Notes: a model not told the origin generated them from the letters alone. Shown: positions 1 through 13,011, counted from the stretch's first letter. The stretch: DNA of 64,000 nt from an uncultured Alphaproteobacteria bacterium (GCA_963788805.1 CAWBHU010000005.1:62612-126611), one strand, 5' to 3'. A program made the numbers and translations.

Positions 1-363
1 GGGCGCCAGATTCTTCTCCGACAGTTCCTCGCCGTCGAAATCGGTGACCTTGCGCGCGCCGATGATGTTGAGCTGCAGCACCTCGAAATTCGTCTTCACG
101 TAGTCGGAAATGCGCGGCTGGGCGAAATTGACGAGGTGGGTCTCCTTGCAATAGGGGCAGCCGCGCAGCTCCCAGACGACGGCGAAACGCTTGCCGTGGC
201 TGCGCGCCGTCTCGAGGTCTTCCGCCAGATCGAGGAAGCTCTCCACAAACCACGGCTGCTTGTAGATGCCGTCATCGGTCAGGATCGCCGTATCGGCCGA
301 TGCCGAACGGCTTCCGGCTGCGAGCGCGGCTGCGCCCGCAAGGAAGCTTCGCCGGTCCAACAT
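1..363 (-). CDS. soxW: SoxW-family periplasmic thioredoxin (5' part; runs off window)
   Basis: Not in the ORF track. My translation: MLDRRSFLAGAAALAAG...GIYKQPWFVESFLDLAEDLETARSHGKRFAVVWELRGCPYCKETHLVNF...NFEVLQLNIIGARKVTDFDGEELSEK. Tat-like RRSFL signal and CPYC motif. Confidence 0.8.
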   Translation of the reverse strand, partial: MLDRRSFLAGAAALAAGSRSASADTAILTDDGIYKQPWFVESFLDLAEDLETARSHGKRFAVVWELRGCPYCKETHLVNFAQPRISDYVKTNFEVLQLNIIGARKVTDFDGEELSEKNLAP

Positions 364-426
364 GTCGCGCATTGCGCCGCCGTCCTGTAGGTTCGAACGT
401 ATATAGCGCGACTCCCCGGTTCTTGC

Positions 427-1141
427 ATGCACGCCTGGTCGCTACGCATTGCAGCCCTGTCATTGCTGATTGGCAGCACGGCTGGCCCTTGCGGACGAGC
501 TTTCGGATTTCAACGCGGCGGTGGAGCGCGCGGCATCACATCAACGTGTTGCGATCGCCTATCTGCGCACCGGCAATGTCGACCTCGCCGCACTCGAAAT
601 CGACCGGCTGCGCCAGGCCTGGGCGGCGGTGACCAGCCTCAAGCGTCCTGCTGCATTGAACCGCGATCCGCAGCTCTACACGACCACGATGGTGGACGTC
701 GCGACGCGCCTGGTCGGCGTTTCCATCATGATGGACAGCGGGCGGCCGGACAATGCGCGGCAAGGGCTTCAAGCGATCCGCGCCCAACTCACGGCTCTGC
801 GCAAGGCAAATGGCGTCGAGGTGCTGGCCGACTGCATTGCGGAGGCGAATGCGACGATGGACCGGCTGATGGCCTTCAACGACGACGCGCTCGACTGGAG
901 CAAGCAGGCCGGCGCGGTGGCGCAATCCGGCACCACCTACCGCACGCAAATCGATCGCTGCGATGCCATGGCCGACCAGACAATCCGCGCCGCGCCTGAA
1001 TTCCGGCGGTTGGTCGATGGAATACGCAATTCGCTCAGCCAATTTCCCAAAGCGATTGCCGAAAAGGACACCGATCTGTTGCGGCGGCTGCTCGGCGAGA
1101 TGCGCTCGTTCGATAATCTGCTGGCGTTCCGATATGGATAG
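427..1141 (+). CDS. Secreted helical hypothetical protein (frameshift near 485)
   Basis: Signal peptide MHAWSLRIAALSLLIGS in one frame joins ...ALADELSDFNAAVERAASHQRVAIAYLRTGNVDLA in ORF 470..1141; two Cys. Confidence 0.65.
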
Positions 1142-1287
1142 GCCGCTTTCGCGGTAAACGAACGCTGAAGGCGAAGCTGCGCGTTTTCCTCAAACTGAAG
1201 TCCGCGCTCCAGCGTTGCATCAACACGCCTCTGCTACTTTGCCTGCCGGGACAAAGACGCGGAGGGAGAACGCGCAGGGAGCGTACA

Positions 1288-2461
1288 ATGTCAGTTGAAA
1301 TTTCGCTTGGCGCAGGCGCACGCGCTACGCTGGCATCGCTGAATTCAATTCAGAGTCAGGCAAACGTGCTGCAAAAGCGCCTTGCCACCGGCAAACGCGT
1401 GGGCTCGCCGCTCGATAATCCTGCGGCCTTCTTTCTGGCCCAAAGCCTGACCAGCCGCGCGACGCAACTGGACAGCCTCACCGCGGATATGGAAGCGGCG
1501 CAAAGCACGATGAGCGCAGCGAGCGCGGGCATTGCTGCGATTCAGAGCCTGCTCACGTCGGCGCGCAGCCTCGCCAACCAGGCTCTGTTGTCGACGCGTT
1601 TCCACCGCCACCGTGACCGGCAACTATTCCGGCACGCTGACCACCGGTTCACAAATTGCCTCGACCAGCGGCAGCGCGACCCGCTTCCGCGCCGGCGACG
1701 TCGTGACCGTCAGCGACGGCACGACCACCGCGACCTATACCGCGGTCAACGGTGACACCGTTCAGACCTTCCTGGACACGATCAACAACACCGCCAATTT
1801 GAAGATTGACGCGAGCCTGAATTCAAACGGCGACATCGAGTTCACGTCGACCGAAGCCGTCAATATAACGATCGGCGCCACCATGAACGGCGCCGGTGGC
1901 GCGACCCTGAGCAGCGTGATCGGGCATAGCGCCGGCACCACGAACTATACGGCGAATGCGACGCGCACCAACCTGGCGGCGCAATTCAACAGCTTGCGGA
2001 CCCAGATCGATCAGGCCGCCCAGGATGCAGGCTTCAACGGCGTCAATCTGCTGGCCGGCTCATCGCTGTCGCTCACCTTCAACGAGACCGGCAGCTCGCA
2101 GATGACGGTGGCCGGGTCCACCATTACGTCGACGAACCTGTCGCTCTCAGCAGGCGCCAACAACTGGCAGAACGACAGCGACGTCAATGCGGCGCTGACC
2201 GCCATCAGCAATGCCATCGACAGTCTCGAAGCCACCACGGCGACGTTTTCGTCCATGGCAACGGTTATTTCGGCGCGCAGTGAATTCAATTCGGCGATGA
2301 TCGACACGCTCAACACCGGCGCCGATCTGTTGACGGAGAACGACAGTAACGAGGACAGCGCCATGTTGCTCGCGCTGCAAACGCGCCAGCAGATTGCCGC
2401 GACCACGCTTGCACTGGTCCAGGACAGCCAGGCCACCGCCCTAAAACTGTTCGGCTACTAG
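1288..2461 (+). CDS. Flagellin (frameshift near 1595)
   Basis: N-terminus LQKRLATGKRVGSPLDNPAAFF and C-terminus LLALQTRQQIAATTLAL..LKLF, typical of Bradyrhizobium-type flagellins; Thr/Ser/Gly-rich middle. Confidence 0.85.
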
Positions 2462-2510
2462 CCGCATTTGCCGGATTGCTTTCTGCCGCGCGCGGGCGGA
2501 CAAAAGCATC

Positions 2511-2870
2511 ATGCGCGGGCTATTCCGGTTGGCTGCTGCCGCTCTTCTCGGCACCGTTCTGACGGCGTTTCCCTGCCTGGCAGCCGAACTCATCATGTTC
2601 CACGACGTGCATTGCGTCTGGTGCGCGCGGTTCGATGCCGAGATCGGCCCCATTTACGCGAAGACGAAGGAAGGCCAGCGCGCGCCGCTGCGGCGGGTGG
2701 ACGCCGCCAAGCCGATGCCGCCGGAGCTCGCATTCATCGAAGCGGAGCGTCTCACGCCGGTATTCGTGCTGATCGACAATGGCCGCGAGGTCGGCCGCAT
2801 CCGCGGCTATCCGGGCGAGGATCACTTCTGGGGATTGCTCGGCACGCTGCTCGCAAAGCTGCCCGAGTAG
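2511..2870 (+). CDS. soxS: SoxS-like small periplasmic thioredoxin
   Basis: Signal peptide, CVWC, EGQRAPLRRVD, TPVFVLIDNGREVGRIRGYPGEDHFW. Confidence 0.75.
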   Translation: MRGLFRLAAAALLGTVLTAFPCLAAELIMFHDVHCVWCARFDAEIGPIYAKTKEGQRAPLRRVDAAKPMPPELAFIEAERLTPVFVLIDNGREVGRIRGYPGEDHFWGLLGTLLAKLPE

Positions 2871-2873
2871 GCG

Positions 2874-4062
2874 TCACACCAGCGGCACCGTGAGCGGATT
2901 GTACGAGTAGAGCCACTTGTTGCGATCTTCGCCCTCATTGCGCTTGGCGAAGGCGTCGCGGATCGCCTGCTCTGACGGCAAGATGAAACAAGGTGCGGTT
3001 CGCGGTCGATTGCTCGACAATGCGCGCGGTGCGATCGACCCGGTTGCGCTGATAAAGCTGCAAGGCGTCGGGAATGCTCTCGCGCATCGCCAATGCGCGG
3101 GTGAGCACCGCGCCGTCCTCGATCGCCATCGCCGCGCCCTGCGCCAGATAAGGCAGGGTCGGATGCGCGGCGTCGCCGAGCAGCGTGACGCGCCTGGTGC
3201 TCCAGTTCCTGATCGGCTTGCGGTAATGCAGCGACCAGCGGTAGCAGGCGTCGCGGTCGGCGGCGTCGATCACCGCCTGGATGTTCGGATTCCAGCCGCG
3301 GAAATCTTCTTTGAGATTTTCCCACGGATATTTGACGGTCCAGGATTCTTCCGAAATGTCGTCGGTCTCGACACAGCCGACGAAATTCAGGAGATCGCCG
3401 CCGCGCAGGTAGTAACAGACCGCGTGCTTGCCCGGCCCGACGAACACCGACATGGCGCGCTCGAGCTGCCCTTCGGCGCTGAGCCGCTCGACCGGCACGG
3501 TCAGGCGCCACGCCGCATCGCCCGTATAGGTCGCGACCGTTTCGCCGAACATCTGGCCGCGGATGACGGACTTCAGCCCATCCGCCGCAATCAGCAGATC
3601 GCCGCGGGCCGATGTGCCATCGGCGAAATGGAGCGCCACGCCGTCCTCGTGTTCGGTGAAGCCCGTCACCCGCTTGTCGAGCCGGACCACGTTCGGGTCG
3701 AACTCCTGGGCCTTGCGCGCCAGCATGTCGTGAAAATCGGCGCGATGCAGTTGGGTATAAGGCGCGCCATGCTTGCTCTCGTGCTCCTCCGACAGCGAGA
3801 AGCGCTGGATCTCCTCCCCGCTATCGAACAGCCGGAACACATAGGCGGCCGGGTGCACGCCGGCGGCGCGGATCTCGCTCTCGAGGCCGAGATCGCGCAA
3901 CACATGCATGGCATTGGCGCTGATCTGGATGCCGGCGCCGATCTCGCCGAGCTTCGGCGCCTGCTCGTAAACCTCGACCTTGTGGCCGGCCTTCATCAGG
4001 CACGACGCGGCGGTCAGTCCGCCGAAGCCCGCGCCCGCAATCAAGATCTTGTACGCCATCAC
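2874..4062 (-). CDS. FAD-dependent monooxygenase (salicylate hydroxylase/NicC-like group A); frameshift near 2985
   Basis: GAGFGG, EIGAGIQI, DG motif (AADGLKS), LLGDAAHPTLPYLAQGAAMAIEDG; true C-terminus ...WLYSYNPLTVPLV* in the shifted frame. Confidence 0.85.
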
Positions 4063-5159
4063 AAAAACTCAGAACGGTTCGTAGTCGCGCAAGGCCGGGC
4101 ATCACCTTTTCGCCGAACAGCCGGATCGAGCGCATCACGATCGGCCTCCGGCAGATCGGTGAAGTTGAATTCGCCGAGGAAGACGTTGAACACGCCCTCC
4201 TCCGCGGCCTTGCGCAATTTCCTGGTCACGGTCTCGGGCGAGCCGATGAAGACCAGATCGCGCTCCATGATGAAGTCGGGATCGAACAGGTTCGACATGA
4301 TCTCGGAGGCGCCGGGCTCGCCGCGGCCCTTGAAGAATTCGGAATGCTTCTTCGCGCGCTCGGCGAAGCTCTCGCCGGGCTGCGCCGGCTTCATGAAGCC
4401 TTCATAGGCGCGGCTGGCGCGAAACAGCGCGGTGTCGATCGCCTTCTTGTCGGTCTCGTCGACGTAGACGATCGTGCAATAGGCGATGTTCGGCTTCTTC
4501 TTGTGGCCGGCGCGCTTCCAGTCGTCGAGAAATTTCCCGTAGCGCGGCGCCGCATCGCCGCGCGGATAGATCAGGAAGTAGCCGGGATTGATGCCGTTCT
4601 TCGCGCAGAATTCCAGCGTCTGCGGATCGCGCGACATCATCCAGAGCGGCGGATGCGGCTTCTGCACCGGCTGCACCGCAAGCTCGGCGCTTTCGGTGTG
4701 GAAGTTCTCGCCGTGGAAGCCGAACGGCTGCGTCTCGCCATAGGCCGCGCGCAGGTAGTCGACGAACTCCAGCGTCGGCGTCTTGCGGCGGTCGTAGTCG
4801 ATGCCGAACGGCTTGAAGTAATCCGGGTTGATGCCCGGCACGAGGCCGAGCTCCATGCGGCCGCCGAGCATCTGGTCGACCAGCGCGATCTCCTCGGCCA
4901 GCCGCAGCGGATGATAGAGCGGCACGATGTAGCCCATCGGGCCGATCCGCATGCGCTTGGTGCGCGCGCCGGCGCCGACCGCGAACAGGCTCGGCGACGA
5001 CATCCAGCTTTCGTCGGGCCGGAAGTGATGCTCGACGCAGAACGCGTAGTCGAAGCCGAGCGCGTCGCACAGTTCGAGCTCGCGCCACAGCTCCTCGTAG
5101 CGCTGGTGCGGCGTCAGGCCGGGCTTGTTCCAGACGTGGGAAAAATGCGCGAACTTCAT
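4059..5159 (-). CDS. LLM-class (luciferase-like) flavin-dependent oxidoreductase
   Basis: EHHF, HPLRLAEEIALVDQMLGGRMELG, PVQKPHPPLW, GSPETV. Confidence 0.9.
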   Translation of the reverse strand: MKFAHFSHVWNKPGLTPHQRYEELWRELELCDALGFDYAFCVEHHFRPDESWMSSPSLFAVGAGARTKRMRIGPMGYIVPLYHPLRLAEEIALVDQMLGGRMELGLVPGINPDYFKPFGIDYDRRKTPTLEFVDYLRAAYGETQPFGFHGENFHTESAELAVQPVQKPHPPLWMMSRDPQTLEFCAKNGINPGYFLIYPRGDAAPRYGKFLDDWKRAGHKKKPNIAYCTIVYVDETDKKAIDTALFRASRAYEGFMKPAQPGESFAERAKKHSEFFKGRGEPGASEIMSNLFDPDFIMERDLVFIGSPETVTRKLRKAAEEGVFNVFLGEFNFTDLPEADRDALDPAVRRKGDARPCATTNRSEFL

Positions 5160-5177
5160 TCCGGCGCTGTTTAGCGT

Positions 5178-6993
5178 CTAAGTCGCGGCAATATCAATGA
5201 TGCGGAATTGCACCCGCTCCGCGCCCTGATAGCGATCGATGGCGAGGCATCCGGCCGCGTGCACCGCCCGGCCGCGGTTTTCGATCAGCGCGCGGCCAAG
5301 CGGCTTGTCGGCGGTGCGGAACGAAATGGCGTTGACGAAAGCGCCATCGGGGGAGCGCAGCCGCACGCGGACATGGTTCTCGCCGACCGGATCGGCGAAG
5401 GCGATGGTGTGATTGGGCAGCGCAAGGATCGGCTCGGGATTGCCGGAACCGTAGGGCCCGCCGCGGGCGAGCAGATTGCAGAGGTCGACCGTAACGCCCA
5501 GCGGCGCTCACCGCCCCATCGATCGAGAGCACATCTTCGCGCCGCGCTGCAGTGACAGCGTCGCGCAATCGATCCTCAAGAAACGCGCGAAATTGCGCGA
5601 GCCGATCCTTTTGCAGCGTCACGCCCGCCGCCATCGCGTGCCCGCCGCCCTTGAGCAGAAGACCATCGGCAACAGCCTGGCGCACGACGTGGCCAAGATC
5701 AGCGCCCGGGATCGAGCGGCCGGAGCCGGTGCCGATACCGCCCGCGCCGAGCGCGATCGCGAAAGCCGGACGTCCGTAGCGCTCCTTCAGGCGCGCCGCG
5801 ATCAGGCCGACGACGCCCGGATGCCATCCCTCCGCCGCGGTCACGACCACAGGCACGTTGTCGTCCTTGCCGAGCGAAGCCTCCGCTTCGGCTTCCGCCT
5901 GCAGCACGCAATCGCGTTCGATGGCCTGGCGCTGCACATTGAGACGGTTGAGCTCTTCGGCGATGCGGCCGGCTTCCGTGGCGTCTTCTTCCAGCAGCAA
6001 TTTCACGCCGAGGTCGGCTTGGCCGATCCGCCCGCCCGCATTGATGCGCGGCCCGAGCAGGAACGCGAGGTGCCAGGCTTCGGGCGGGCCTGACAGTCTC
6101 GCCACATCCATCAGCGCGGTCGTGCCGGCGTTTTCGCGCCAGCGCAGCGCGATCAGGCCTTTGGCGACGAAGGCGCGGTTCAGTCCTTTCAGCGGCACGA
6201 CGTCGGCAATCGTGCCGAGCGCGACCAGATCGAGCCGCGACAACAGGTCGGGCTCCGGACGATCGGCCGTCCAATATCCGCGCTTACGCAACTCGCGATT
6301 GACCGCGACGACGGTGACAAAGACGAGCCCAACCGCGGCGAGGTGGCCGAGACCGGAGAGATCGTCCACCCGATTTGGGTTTACGACCGCAATCGCTCGC
6401 GGAAGTTGCTCGTCGGCCTGGTGATGGTCGATCACGACGGCGTCCATCCCGAGCAAGGCTGCTTCTGCGAGAGCATCGGGGCTGGTCGTGCCGCAATCGA
6501 CCGTGACCAGCAGCTTGGCGCCGCGGCCGGCAAGCGCCCGCACCGCGTCGACATTCGGGCCATAGCCTTCGAACAGCCGGTCCGGAATATGGACGATCGG
6601 ATCGAGCCCGCAGTGGCGCAGATACCGGCACAGCAAGGCCGCAGAGGTCGCGCCATCGACATCGTAATCGCCGAAAATCGCGATCTGCTCGGCGCGCATG
6701 ATCGCGTCGGCAATGCGGGCCGCCGCTTCCGGCATTCCGGTCAGGGTGTAGGGATCCGGCAGCAATGACCGGATGGTCGGATCGAGATAAGCGGCCACAT
6801 TCTCCGGCTCGACGCCGCGTGCCGCCAGAACGCGCGCCAGCAGCTCCGGAATATTGTTGCGCTGCGCGATCGCCGTGGCGATCGCTTCGCCACGCACATC
6901 AAGGCGGCTGCGCCAGCAGCGCCCGGTCGCCGAGCGCTCGACGCCGAGAAATGCGCGCTCCTCGCGCTCCAATGCCGCAGCCGGCAAGGCCAT
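5178..6993 (-). CDS. recJ: Single-stranded-DNA exonuclease RecJ (frameshift near 5500)
   Basis: GDYDVDG, DHH, PRINAGGR, GSGRS, GGGHAMAAG motifs. Confidence 0.95.
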
Positions 6994-7097
6994 TTGCTGT
7001 CCTTCGAGAATTGTCCGGCACGCCGGATGGCCAAATATAGCGAGCGAGGCCGCCACCGCCAGCGGCCGCCCGGCACGCCTGTGCGCAGATCGGCGCT

Positions 7098-8090
7098 CTA
7101 GTCGAGGTAAAACTTGTCGAGTTGCCGGTGCTCGGCCCGCACCCGCCGCACAGTTCCGGTCACCGAGCGCATCACCACCGTGTCGGTCTCGATGACATCC
7201 TTGCTGAATTTCACGCCGTCCAGCATGGCGCCGCTGGTCACGCCGGTCGCCGAGAACAGGCAATCGCCGCGCACCATGTCCTCGATCTCATATTTCTTCT
7301 TCGGGTCCTTGATGCCCATGTTGCGTGTGCGCTCGCGCAGCTCCTCGGTGTCGAGGATGAGCCGCGTCTGCATCTGCCCGCCGATGCAGCGAAGCGCCGC
7401 CGCCGCGAGCACGCCTTCCGGCGCGCCGCCAATGCCGAGATAGATATCGATCCCGGTTTTCGGCTCCGCGCAGTGAATGACACCGGCCACGTCGCCGTCG
7501 CTGATCAGCGACACCGCGGCGCCGGTTTTGCGCACCGCGGCGATCATGTCGGCGTGGCGCGGCCGGTCCAGCAGGATCGCCGTGATGTCGGACGGCTTCA
7601 CGCCCTTGGCCTTGGCGAGGTTCCTGATGTTCTCGTCGGCCGGCGCATCGAGATCGATCGTCCCTTTCGGATAGCCGGGGCCGATCGCAATCTTTTCCAT
7701 GTAGCAATCGGGCGCGTGCAGCAGCGTGCCGGCATCGGCGATGGCAATGGTGGCGATCGCGCCCGGCATGTTCTTGGCGCAAAGAATCGTGCCTTCCAGC
7801 GGATCGACGGCGATATCGACCTTGGGGCCGTTCTTGTTGCCGACCTTCTCGCCAATGAACAGCATCGGCGCTTCGTCGATCTCGCCCTCGCCGATCACGA
7901 CCGTGCCGTCGATCGGCAGCTTGTTGAGCTCGCGGCGCATGGCGTCGACCGCGGCCTGGTCGGACGCCTTGTCCTTGCCGTGGCCACGCAGCCGCGCGGA
8001 GGAAACCGCGGCGCGCTCGGTGACCCGCACGATCTCCAGCGTGAGAATGCGCTCCAGCAGATGTTCCGGCTGGACGGTAATCGTAGCCAT
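7098..8090 (-). CDS. glpX: Class II fructose-1,6-bisphosphatase
   Basis: VVIGEGEIDEAPML, DIAVDPLEGT, GGAPEGV. Confidence 0.95.
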   Translation of the reverse strand: MATITVQPEHLLERILTLEIVRVTERAAVSSARLRGHGKDKASDQAAVDAMRRELNKLPIDGTVVIGEGEIDEAPMLFIGEKVGNKNGPKVDIAVDPLEGTILCAKNMPGAIATIAIADAGTLLHAPDCYMEKIAIGPGYPKGTIDLDAPADENIRNLAKAKGVKPSDITAILLDRPRHADMIAAVRKTGAAVSLISDGDVAGVIHCAEPKTGIDIYLGIGGAPEGVLAAAALRCIGGQMQTRLILDTEELRERTRNMGIKDPKKKYEIEDMVRGDCLFSATGVTSGAMLDGVKFSKDVIETDTVVMRSVTGTVRRVRAEHRQLDKFYLD

Positions 8091-8118
8091 AACGCCTTCC
8101 TCCCCCGCGCCTCGTTTC

Positions 8119-9420
8119 TTAGTTCTTCTCGATCCGGATCACCTGCGGGCGCCCGGAGATCACCCTATCACGTCCCACCGCGGCAAGCGCTTTGCGCACC
8201 GCGTCCTCGCTGGTCGCGTAAGTAATCAGAATGACGGGTACCGAACCGTCTTTGGTTTCACCTTTGCCGTGCCGCTGCACGATCGACTCCAGTGAAATGT
8301 GCTGCTGCGCCAGACGCCGGGCAATCGTCGCCGCGGTGCCGGGCTTGTCGCGCGCCAACAGCCGGATGTAGTAGCCGCCCTCATGGCGCTGCATCGGCGC
8401 TTTTTTCGCCGTCGTGAGCTTTGCCGTCGGCCGGCCGAACGGCGCGGTGCGCACGCCGCGCGCAATGTCGCCAATGTCCGAGAGCACGGCGGACGCGGTC
8501 GCCGCTCCGCCCGCGCCGGGCCCGACCAGCGTCAGAGGATTGATGCCGTCGGCGTCGATCGTCACCGCATTGGTGACGCCCATGACGCGCGCAATCGCGG
8601 TTTCTTTCTGCACCATGGTCGGGTGCACGCGCTGCTCGATGCCCTTTTCGGTCTTCATCGCAACGCCGAGCAATTTCACGCGATAGCCGAGCTCGTCGGC
8701 CGCCGCCAGATCGGCCGGCGTGATCGAGGAGATGCCCTCCACGTAAACCGCGCCTTCATCGACCTTGGTGCCGAAGGCGAGGCTCGCCAGGATCGCGAGC
8801 TTCTGCGCGGTGTCGTGGCCTTCAATGTCGAAGGTCGGATCGGCTTCGGCATAGCCGAGCCGTTGCGCGTCCTTCAGGCAATCCTGGAACGACAGCCCCT
8901 CTTCTTCCATCCGGGTCAGGATGTAATTGCAGGTGCCGTTGAGAATGCCGAACACGCGCTCGAGCGAATTGCCCGCCAATCCCTCGCGCAATGTCTTGAC
9001 GATCGGGATTGCGCCGCCGACCGCTGCTTCGAAGTTGAGCGCGACGTGATTTTCCTCGGCACGGCGCGCCAGCGCGACGCCATGCTTTGCCAACAGCGCC
9101 TTGTTCGCGGTGACGACCGATTTGCCGGACGCCAGCGCCGCTTCGATCGCGGCCTTGGCGGGATTGCCCTCGCCGCCCATCAGCTCGACAAAGACATTGA
9201 TGTCGGGATCGCGCGCCAGCGACACAGGATCGCTGTGCCATTTCATCTTGCGCAGGTCCGCGCCGCGCTTCTTTGCTTTGGAGCGCGCGGTTACCGCCAC
9301 GACGTCGATACGCCGCCCGAGCCGCGCGGCGAGCGCCTCGCGCTGCGCGGCGATCTGCGAGATCAGCGCGGCGCCGACCGTGCCGACGCCGGCGACGCCA
9401 ATTTTGAGCGGTTCAGCCAT
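8119..9420 (-). CDS. hom: Homoserine dehydrogenase
   Basis: GVGTVG, VVTANKA, FEAAVGGAIP, GILNGTCNYIL, C-terminal ACT domain. Confidence 0.95.
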   Translation of the reverse strand: MAEPLKIGVAGVGTVGAALISQIAAQREALAARLGRRIDVVAVTARSKAKKRGADLRKMKWHSDPVSLARDPDINVFVELMGGEGNPAKAAIEAALASGKSVVTANKALLAKHGVALARRAEENHVALNFEAAVGGAIPIVKTLREGLAGNSLERVFGILNGTCNYILTRMEEEGLSFQDCLKDAQRLGYAEADPTFDIEGHDTAQKLAILASLAFGTKVDEGAVYVEGISSITPADLAAADELGYRVKLLGVAMKTEKGIEQRVHPTMVQKETAIARVMGVTNAVTIDADGINPLTLVGPGAGGAATASAVLSDIGDIARGVRTAPFGRPTAKLTTAKKAPMQRHEGGYYIRLLARDKPGTAATIARRLAQQHISLESIVQRHGKGETKDGSVPVILITYATSEDAVRKALAAVGRDRVISGRPQVIRIEKN

Positions 9421-9432
9421 GATGAACGTGGA

Positions 9433-10651
<1,219 letters not shown>

Positions 10652-10723
10652 CGGATCAGTCCTGAAGCGGGCTCTCTCTAGCCCAGCGACCCCTTCGGAA
10701 CGCTGGCTTTTATCATGCAGTCG

Positions 10724-11072
10724 TTAACGCGCCAGCGAATTACTGGCTGCCTGGCTTCGGACTTGCCGGGCCGGCGGTTTCGCGTCAGGATCGCGCAACT
10801 TTTCATGGCGGGCGCGGATGCCGGAGAGTTCGCGTTCCAGCCGCAACTGCTCTTCGCTGTTGAGCGGCTGGGTGGCCCGCGGCGGCCGGCAGGTCGTGGA
10901 TGGCGGGATAGGGAGGCGGGACGGCGGAGGGCGGCGGCGCGTCCGGCGAAGCCCGGAATGGATTGGACGAGGCCGTCTGCGCGGCGGCAAGGCCGGGCAA
11001 AAGCAGCGCAAGGGCCGCAAGGGCGAGGATGATCGTCCGGTTGGTCAATTCGCGAATCCGTCGCAATCTCAA
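10724..11072 (-). CDS. Small secreted proline-rich hypothetical protein (frameshift near 10885)
   Basis: Signal peptide plus YPAIHDLP joins PPRATQPLNSEEQLRLEREL across two ORFs. Confidence 0.55.
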
Positions 11073-11200
11073 TGCATTAACCCGCTAGCGGGGATTTATG
11101 ACGTAAGCAAGGAAACCATCTTTGCCGCTAATTTCGCGCCCCATTGCGGCTAAAGTTGCGGCCGGCCGGTGCGCTCGCCATGTTTGGCCGTGGGACGACG

Positions 11201-13011
11201 ATGAAGCTTGAGAAGCCGCCAGTAGAGCCGAAATTCAGCGCCGCCGATGTCGAGGCGTTCGCGCGCAATCTCGCGCGCCTGGTCGAGGAGAGCGGCAAGG
11301 CGCTCGCCGCCTATATGGCGCCGCGCGAGAAGGGCGAGCTCAAGACCGAGCTGTCGGACGGCGTCACCGATGCGGTGAAGACGATCGGCCACGTCGCGGA
11401 ATACTGGCTGTCGGACCCGCAGCGCGCGCTCGAACTGCAGACCAGTCTCGGCCGCGCCTATCTCGATCTGTGGGCCGGCGCCGTCAAAAAGATGGCGGGC
11501 GAGCAGACCGAGCCGGTCGCCGTCCCTGCCCCGAGCGACAAGCGCTTCGCCGATCCGGAATGGTCGCAGAACCAGTTCTTCGATTTTCTCAAGCAGGCCT
11601 ACCTGCTCACCGCCGGTTGGGCCGGCAAGCTGGTGAAGGACGCCGACGGGCTCGACCCGCACACGCGGCAGAAGGCCGAGTTCTACGTCAGGCAGATCAT
11701 GAACGCGGTCGCGCCGACCAATTTCGTTCTCACCAATCCGGAATTGCTGCGCGAGACGTTCTCAAGCAACGCCGAGAACCTCGTTCAGGGCATGCACATG
11801 CTCACCGAGGACATCAAGGCGGGCAAAGGCAACATCAAGATCCGGCAATCCGACGCGTCAAAATTCGAAGTCGGAAAAAATCTCGCCACCACGCCCGGCA
11901 AGGTCGTGTTCCAGAACGATCTGATGCAGCTCATTCAATATGAGGCCGTCGACCGAGAAGGTGCTCAAGCAGCCGCTGCTGATCGTGCCGCCGTGGATCA
12001 ACAAGTTCTACGTGCTCGACCTCTCGCCGGAAAAATCCTTCATCAAATGGTGCGTCGACCAGGGCGTCACGGTGTTCGTGATCTCCTGGGTCAATCCGGA
12101 CGAGCGGCATGCCAGCGCCGGCTTCGACGAATATATGCGCGACGGGCCGCTCGCCGCGCTCGAAGTGATCAAGGACATCACCGGCGAGACCAAAGTTCAT
12201 ACTGCCGGCTACTGCGTCGGCGGCACGCTGCTCGCCATCGCGCTCGCCTATCTCGCCTCGAAGAAACAGAGCCGCGCCGTGACGGCGACGATGTTCACCG
12301 CGCAGGTCGATTTCACCCATGCCGGCGATCTTATGGTGTTCGTCGATGAAGAGCGCATCGCTTCGCTCGAGAAGCGCATGAAGGATCAGGGCTATCTCGA
12401 AGCCTCCAATATGGCGACGGCGTTCAATCTGCTGCGCTCGAACGACCTGATCTGGCCCTACGTCGTGAACAATTATCTGCGCGGCAAGAAGCCGTTTCCG
12501 TTCGACATCCTGTACTGGAATTCGGACGCGACGCGCATGCCGGCGGCGAACCACTCGTTCTATTTGCGCAACTGCTATCTCGACAACAAATTGTCGAAGG
12601 GCGAGATGGAAGTCGGCGGCGTAAAGCTCGATCTCAAGAAGATCAAAGTGCCGCTCTATAATCTCGCGACCCGCGAGGACCACATCGCGCCGGCGAAGTC
12701 CGTTCTGACGGGATCGGCGCTGTTCGGCGGCAAGGTCAAATATGTGCTCGCGGGGTCAGGCCATATTGCCGGCGTCGTCAACCCGCCGAGCCGGCCGAAA
12801 TATCAGTATTGGACCAACGACAAGCCGCTGGTGCCCGATTTCGACAAATGGCTGAAAGCCGCGACCGAGCACGCGGGCTCCTGGTGGCCGGACTGGTTCG
12901 AGTGGCTCAAAGCAGCACGACAAGAAGCTCGTGCCGGCGCGCAAAGTCGGCAGCAAGATGTACAAGCCGATCGAGGACGCGCCTGGATCCTATGTCAAAA
13001 TGAAGAGTTGA
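11201..13011 (+). CDS. phaC: Class I poly(3-hydroxyalkanoate) synthase (frameshifts near 11945 and 12915)
   Basis: [27 protein letters not shown], lipase box GYCVGG, EDHIAP, SGHIAG, GSWWPDW. Confidence 0.95.
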
